Made by a program: the position numbers and the translations under genes
Part shown: positions 56,661 to 64,000 of the stretch, piece after piece
Position numbering within the stretch: position 1 is the stretch's first letter
How the letters are laid out: every line of letters starts with the position of its first letter
Assembly (NCBI GenBank): GCA_009914755.4
Contig: CP086569.2
Span: 10,848,001-10,912,000, forward strand
Length of the DNA: 64,000 nucleotides
From: the human T2T-CHM13v2.0 reference genome, Homo sapiens
Direction: 5' to 3'
Notes under the pieces: model-generated
Seen by the model: the letters and a program-made list of their open reading frames with translations, nothing else
Database searches by the model: none
Told to the model about the DNA's origin: nothing

Positions 56661-59649
56661 CCATTCCATTCCATTCCATTCCATGCCACTCCATTCCATT
56701 CCATTCCATCCCAGTCCATTCCACTCCATTCTACACCACTCCACTCCACTCCATTCCATTGCATTCCAACAGAATCTATTCCAGCCCACTCCATTCCATT
56801 CCATTCCCTGCTTTAGATAGGATCTCTCTCTGTGACACAACCTGGAATGCAGTAGCACAATCTCATCTCACATTTCATTTGACCATTCCATTCCACTACA
56901 TTCCACTACACTTCAGTCCACTCCACTCCACACTAATCCACGCCATTCCACTCCATTCAATTCCATTTCAGTCCATTCCACTCCATTCGACACCACTCCA
57001 ATCCACTCAACTCCACTTCATTCAACTTCAGTCCACTCCACTCCAGTCCACTCCACTTCATTACAGTCCATGCCATTCCATTCCACTCCATTCCACTGCA
57101 CTGCCCTTCACTCCACTACACGCCACTCCATTCCATTCCATTCCATCCCAGTTCATTGCACTCCATTCCACACCACACCACTCCACTCCACTTCATTCCA
57201 TTCCAATCCATCCCATTCCATTGCATCCCATTCCATTCCATTCCATCCCAGTGCATTCCCTTCCATTCCATTCCATTTCGTTCCATTCCATTCCTTTCTT
57301 TTGACAGGATCTCACTCTCTCACCTTGGCTGTAGTGAAGAGGCACAAACTCAGCTCACATTACATTTCACCATTGCATTCCATTCCATTTCACTCCTTTC
57401 CATTCCATTCCTTTCTACTCCTTTCCATTCCATTCCTTTCTACTCCATTCCATTCCATTCCACTCCAGTCTACTCCACTCCACTGCACTCCACTCCACTC
57501 CCTTCCACTACATTCCATCTCATTCCACTCCACTATGCTCCACTCCATTCCATGCCATTTCATCCCATTCCATTCCACTCCATTCCACTCCACTCCACTC
57601 CACTCCATTCCATGCCATTCCATTCCACTCCACTTGACTTCACTCCACTCCATTCGATTGCATTCCACTCCACTGCACTCTACTTCACTCCACTCCACTG
57701 CATTCCATACCATTCCATTCCACTCAATTCTACTCCACTCCACTTCATTCCAATCCATCCCATTCCATTATACTCCTTTCCCCACCACTCCACTCCACTC
57801 CACTTCATTCCATTTCATTCTATCCCATTCCATTCCACTTCAATCCACTCCACTGCACTCCATTCCACTCTATTAAATTCCTTTCCTTTCCATTCGACTC
57901 CATTCTATTTCTTTCCTTTCTATCAAAAGGATCTCACTCTGTCACACAGGTTCCACTGCACTGGCCCAGTCTCAGCTCTCATTTCATTTCACCATTCGAT
58001 TCGATTGGATTCCATTCCATTCCATTCCATTCCACTCCACTGCACTCCACTCCACTGCACGCCACTCCACTGCACTCCATTCCATTCCATTTCACTCGAC
58101 TCCATTCCAATCCACTCCACTCCATTACACTCCATTCCATTCCATCCCATTCATCCCATTCAATTTCCCTCTACTCCATTCCACTCCACTCCACTCCAAT
58201 TCACTCCATTCCATTCCATGCCATTCCATTCCACTCCTCTCCATTCCACTCCACTCCACTCTCCTCCTTTCCACTCCATCTCATTCCATTCCACTCCATT
58301 CCACTCCACTCACCTGCACTTCATTCCACTGTACTGCATTCCATTTCATTCCACTCCCTTCCATTTCATTCCACTCCCTTACATTCCATTCCTTTCTTTC
58401 GACAGGATCTCATTCTCTCACACAGGCTGGAGTGTAGTGGCACAATCTCGGCTCACATTTCATTTCGACATTCTATTCCATTGCATTCCATTGCACTCCG
58501 TTCCATTCTATTGCATTCCATTGCATTCCATTCCATTCCATTCCTCTCCACTCCACTCCATTCTACTCCACTCCAGTCCACTCTGCTCCAGTACACTCCA
58601 CTCCATTCCATTCATCTCCATTCCATTACTTTCCTTTCTTTCGACAGGATCTCACTCACCCAAGTTGGTGTGCAGTGGAAAAATCTCAGCTCACATTTCA
58701 TTGCACCACACCATTCCATTCCATCCCATCCCACTCCATTCCTTTAAATTCCATTCCATTACAGTCCACTCCACTCCATTTCACTCCACTCCACACCACT
58801 CCACTCCTTTCCATTCATTCCATTCCACTCCATTCCACTCCACTCCACTTCTTTACCATCCATCCCATTCCATTCCACTGCAATCCACTCCACTCCACTC
58901 CTGTCCACTCCATTCCATTCCATTCCATTCCATCCCATTCCGTTCAAACCAATCAACTCCACTCCACTCCACTCCAGTTCACTCCATACCGTTCCATTCC
59001 ATTCCACTCCTTTCCATTGCATTCCTTTCTTTTGACAGGATCTTATTCTGTCTGCCAGGTTCGAGTGCAGTGGCACAATCTCAGCTCACATTTCATTGCA
59101 CTATAGTATTCCGTGCCATTCCACACCACTCCATTCCTTTAAATTCCATTCCATTCTAGTCCACTCCACTCTACTCCACTTCACTCACTCTACTCCACAC
59201 CACTCTACTCCACTCCATTCCATCCCATTCCAGTCCACACCACTCTACTCCACTCCATTCCATCCCATTCCATTCCACTCCACTCCACTTCTTTCCATTC
59301 CATTCCATTCCACTCCACTCCACCTCACTCCACTCCACTCCTGTCCACTCCACTGCACTCCATTCCATTAAATTGCATTCCATTCCACTCCTTTCCTTTC
59401 CATTCGTTTCTCTTGAGAAGATCTCACTCTGGCACCCAGTCTGAAGTGCAGTGACACAATCTTAACTCACATTTCATTTCACCATTCCATTGCATTCCAT
59501 TCAATTGCATTCCTTTCCATTCTGTTCCATTACATTCCACTCCACTCAACTCCACTCCACTCCACCCTGCTGCTTTCCATTCCATTCCATTCCATTCCTC
59601 TCCATTCCACTCCACACTACTCCATTCCTCTACACTTCATCACATTCCA

Positions 59650-61740
59650 TCCAATTCCATTCCATTCCATTCCATTCCAGTCAACTGCACTCCATTCCAC
59701 TCCATTCCATCCCATTGCATTCCACTCCATTCCACTCCATTTCACTGCACTCCACTCCACTCCATTCCATTCCACTCCCTACCATTCCATTCCCCTCCAA
59801 TGCACTCCACTCCAGTCAACTCCTCTCCACTCCATTACAATCCATTCCACTCTATTACATTCCATTCCTTTTTTTCAAAAGTATCTCACTCTGTCCCTCA
59901 GGCTGGAGAGAAGTGGCACAATTTCAGCTCACATTTCATTTCACCATTCCATTGCATTTCCTTTCATTGCCTTCCATTTAATTGCAATCCACCCCACGCC
60001 ATTCCATTCCATTCCACTCCACTCCATTTCACTCCATTCCACTCCATTCCACTAAACTCTACTCCACTTCATTGCATTCCATGCCGTCCCATTTCACTCC
60101 ATTCCACTCCTCTCCACTCTGCTCCACTCAACTCCACTGTACTCCTCTCCAATCCATTCCTTTCCATTCCCTTCCATTCCATTTTATTACATTCCATCTA
60201 TTTCTTTCATGAGCATCTCACACTCAACCAGGCTGGAGTGCAATGACACAATCTCCGCTCACATTTCATTTTACCATTCCATTCCATTCCATTCCTTTCC
60301 ATTCCATTCCATTCTACTCTACTGCACTCCACTTCACTCCACTCCAGTCCATTCCACTCCATTTAATTCCATTACATTACATTCCACTCCATTCCATTCC
60401 TTTCTTTCGAGAGGATCTCACTCTGTCACAAAGGCTGCACTGCAGTGACCAATATCAGCTCACATTTCGTTTCACCATTCCACTCCATTCCATTCCATTT
60501 CATTCCACTCCACTCCACTCCAATCTACTCCATTCCATTCCATCCAATTCCATGCCACTCCACTCCATTCCACTCCACTCCATTTCACTCCATCTCATTC
60601 CATTCCAATCCATTCCACTCCAGTCAACTCCACTTCACTCCACTCCATTCCATGCCATTCCATCCCATCCCATTCCATTCCATTCCATTCCATTCCATTC
60701 CATTCCATTCCATTCCATTCCATTCCATTCCATTCCATTCCATTCCATTCCATTCCACTCACTTCCATTCCATTCCACACCTTCCATTTGATTCCTTTCT
60801 TTTGAAAGGATCTCTTTCTCTCACCCAGGCTGGAGTGTAGTGGCACAATCAGATTACATTTCACCATGCTATTTCATTGCATTCCATTGCACTCCATTCC
60901 ATGGTATTCCGTTCCATTGCATTCCGTTGCATTTCATTACATTCCATACCATTCCATTGTATTCCATGGCATTTCGTTCCATCCCATTTCATTCCATTTC
61001 TTTCCACTCCTTTCCATTCCATTCCATTCCATTCAACTCCACTCCATTACACTCCTCTCCACTCCACTCCAATCCGTTCCATTCCACTCCCTTACATTCC
61101 ATTCCTTTCTTTCGACAGAATCTCACTCCCTCACCCATGCTGGAGTGCAGTGGCACAATCTCATCTCACATTTCATTTCACAGTTCTATTCCATTACATT
61201 CCGTTGCATTCCATTAATTGTATTGCATTCCATTCCATTTCATTCAATTCCATTCCACTACATTCCATTCAACTCCAATACATTCCACTCCATTCCATTC
61301 CATTCCTTTCTATTCCTTTTCACTCTAGTCCACTCCGCTGCACTCCACTTGACTCCGCTGCACTCCACTACTCTCCACTCCATTCCAATCCCTTCCATCC
61401 AATTGTATTCCACTTCATTCCCCTCTACTCCACTCTACTCCACTTCTGTCCACTTGACTTCACTCCACTCCATTCCATTACACTCCATTGAATTCCATTC
61501 CTTTCTTTCACCAGGATCTCATTCTCTCACCCTGCTTGCAGTGCAGTGGAACAATCTCAGATCGCATTTCATTTCACCTTTCCATTCTATTCCATTCCAT
61601 TCCACTTCATTCCATTCCATTCCACTCTGCTCCATTCCACTCCACTCCACTGCACTCCGTTCATTTCCATTCCAATCCGTTCCACTCCATTCCATTCCGT
61701 TCCTTTCTTTTGACAGGATCTCACTCTCTCACACAGGCTA
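59650..61740. repeat. Second copy of the about 2-kb duplicated block (partner of 53400-55490).
   Basis: See the partner feature. Identity is high but with indels, which I judged from peptide and nucleotide comparison and did not compute. Confidence 0.75.
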
Positions 61741-64000
61741 AAGTACAGTGGCAAAATTTAAGTTCATATTTCATTTCACCATTCCATTCCATTCCACTCC
61801 ACTCCACTCAATTCCCTTCCATTCCACTCCATTCCACTTCACTCCAGTCCACTCCATTCAATTACGTTCCATTTCATCCCACTCCTATCCATTCCATTCC
61901 TTTCTTTCGACAGGATCTCATTCTGTCACCCAGCCTATAGAGCAGTGGCACAATATCAGCTCACATTTAATTTCATCATTCCATTACATTGCATTCCATT
62001 CAATTCCATACTATTCCATTCCATTCCATTCCAATCTGCTGCATTTCATTCCATTGCATTCCACTTCACTCTACTCCACTACTCTACACTCCATCCCATT
62101 CCATCCCATTCAATTCCACTCCACTCCACTCTATTGCATTCCCTCTCATCCCATTCCAAGCCATTCCACTCAAATCCACACTACTCCACTCCACTCTACT
62201 CCACTCCATTCCATTCCATTCCATTGCATTCCATTCCATTCCATTCCATTACTTTCTGTCGAGAAAATCTCACTCTGTCACACTGGCTGTAGTGCAGTGT
62301 TGCACTTTCAGCTCACATTTCATTTCACCTTTCCTTTCTATTCCATTCCACTCCACTCCATTCTATGCCATTGCATTCCACTGCATTCCACTCCACTTCA
62401 CTGCACTCCACTCTACTCCATTCCATTTCACTCCCTACCATTCCATTCCCCTCCACTCCACTCCACTCCAGTCAACTCCTCTCCACTCCCTTCCATTCCA
62501 TTCCATTCCACTCTATTACATTCCATTCTTTTTCTTCGACAGTATCTCACTCTGTCCCTCAGGTTGGAGTGCAGTGGCACAATCTCAGTCACATTTCATT
62601 TCACCATTCCATTGTATTTCCTTCCATTGCATTCCATTTAATTACAATCCACTCCTCTCCACTCCACGCCATTCCATTCCATTCCAGTACCTTCCACTAA
62701 ATTCAACTCCATTCCACTACACTCCACGCCACTTCATTCCATTCCATGCCGTCCTATTTCACTCCATTCCACTCCTCTCCACTCTACTCCACTCCACTGC
62801 ACTCATCTCCAATGCATTCCGTTCCATTCCCTTCCATTCCATTCCATTCCATTCCACTCCATTCCATTCCATTCCGTTCCATTCCGTTCTGTTCCGTTCC
62901 ATTCCGTTCCATTCCGTTCCATTCCATTCCATTCCATTCCATTCCATTCCATTCCCTAAAATTCCATTAAATTCCAGTCCACTCCTCTCCATTCCATCTC
63001 ATTCTGTTCCACTCCATTCCACTCCATTCCACTCCTCTTCTTTCCATTCCAACCCATTCGATTCCATTCCAGTCCACTCCACTCCACTCCTGTCCACTCC
63101 ATTGCATTCCATTCACGCCAATCCACTGCACTCCACTTAATTCCATTCCATGCAACTCCTTTCCATTCCATTCCATTATTCAACAGGATGTCTCTCTGTC
63201 ACCTAGCTGGAGTGCAGTGGCACAATCTCAGCTCACGTTTTATTTAATCATTCCATTTTATACATTGCATTCCATTCCATTCCACTCTGCTGCATTCCAT
63301 TCCATTCGATTCCATTCCACTCCATTCCACTCCTATGTACTCCACTCGACTCCACTCCACTCCACCACAATCCGCTCCATTCCATTCCACTCCATAACAT
63401 TCTATTCCAATTCATTCCCCTGCACTCCACTCCCCTCTACTCCGTTTCAGTCCACTCCACTCCACTCTATTCCACTCCACTCCGTTACATTACACTCCAT
63501 AACATTCTAATCCAATACATTCCCCGACACTGCAGTCCCCTGTACTTCGTTCCAGTCCACTCCACTCCACTCTACTCCAGTCCACTCCATTCCATTTCAC
63601 TCCATTCCATTACATTCCTTTTTTTCGACAGGATCTCTCACTGTCACACAGGCTGGAGTACAGTGGCACAATCTCAGCTCACGTTTCATTTAACCATTCC
63701 ATTGCATTCCATTCCATTCCATTCCATTGCATTCCACTTCAGTCTGCTGTATTCCATTTCATTCGATTCCATTCTACTCCATTCCACTCCAATACACTCC
63801 ACTCAACTCCACTCCACTCCACTCTATTCCATTACACTCCATAATATTCTATTCCAATAAATTCCTTTCCACTCCACTAAACTCAACTCCATTCCAGTCC
63901 ACTCCACTCCACTCCACTCCATTCCACTCCATTCCATTCCACTCAATTCCATTCCGCTGCATTCCATTCCATTCCTTTCTTCCGACAAAATCTCACTCTG

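Larger units (their letters stand above)
40326..64000. repeat. Pentameric (ATTCC)n/(GGAAT)n satellite of the HSat3 class, with the ATTCC/ACTCC strand on the + strand. It carries an interspersed Alu-derived segment roughly every 200-600 bp and extends to the window end.
   Basis: Dominated by cattccattcc, cactccactcc and cattccactcc pentamer variants. There are only occasional ttcgattcc units and no CAACCCGAGT-type blocks that I could see. The long + strand ORFs encode (IPFHS)n and the - strand ORFs encode (MEWNG)n, as expected for this repeat. Confidence 0.9.

Noticed and set aside
40386-63860. Long ORFs (up to 667 aa, e.g. 57156..59159 +; 46342..48195 +) and many MEWNG-repeat ORFs on the - strand in the pentamer satellite.
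   Set aside because: (ATTCC)n and (GGAAT)n contain no stop codon in any frame, and GGAATGGAATGGAAT supplies an ATG every 15 nt. Long open frames encoding (IPFHS)n or (MEWNG)n are therefore a mathematical consequence of the repeat and do not indicate genes.
40460-64000. About 70 Alu-like segments, considered as independent SINE insertions or as a splice/regulatory motif.
   Set aside because: All copies share the same truncation points and the same non-Alu flanks (ttcctttctttcgac...atttcatttcaccattcc). None has a poly-A, a left arm or a target-site duplication. They are one captured fragment amplified with the satellite, so I annotate them as part of the repeat and not as mobile elements.

Overview
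This window is not gene-bearing DNA and I found no novel protein or defence system in it. It reads as a human (primate) centromere-to-pericentromere boundary built entirely from satellite DNA. No ORF in the supplied track is credible.

Layout:
- 1-28925: five tandem, near-identical copies of a 5785-bp alpha-satellite higher-order repeat (HOR). 5785 bp is 34 monomers of about 170 bp, and every monomer is in the same orientation.
- 28926-35220: a sixth, structurally variant HOR copy. It carries a 342-bp (two-monomer) insertion, a roughly 1.7-kb divergent block, and a junction that looks like unequal exchange between paralogous monomers.
- 35221-40325: about 5 kb of divergent monomeric alpha satellite. 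One full-length AluY sits in it at 35788-36095, on the + strand, with a 20-nt poly-A tail and an imperfect target-site duplication.
- 40326-64000: an abrupt switch to a pentameric (ATTCC)n/(GGAAT)n satellite of the HSat3 class. This array is punctuated every 200-600 bp by a 55-65-bp antisense-Alu-derived segment. It also contains local higher-order structure: a 590-bp tandem duplication and roughly 2-kb segmental duplications about 6.2 kb apart.

Four things together match what I recall of the human Y centromere (DYZ3), its 6.0-kb 36-mer variant and the adjacent DYZ17 pentameric satellite: the 34-mer 5.8-kb HOR, the absence of CENP-B boxes in any monomer, a 36-mer-sized variant copy at the array edge, and a directly flanking 5-bp satellite. 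That assignment is from memory of the literature and is not a database hit.

Why the ORFs are artefacts. In the HOR they recur at exact 5785-bp spacing on both strands. In the pentamer satellite they exist because (ATTCC)n and (GGAAT)n contain no stop codon in any frame. The + strand therefore gives (IPFHS)n-like peptides up to 667 aa, and the - strand gives (MEWNG)n peptides, because GGAATGGAATGGAAT supplies an ATG every 15 nt.

I see no rRNA, tRNA, CRISPR array or recognisable regulatory element.
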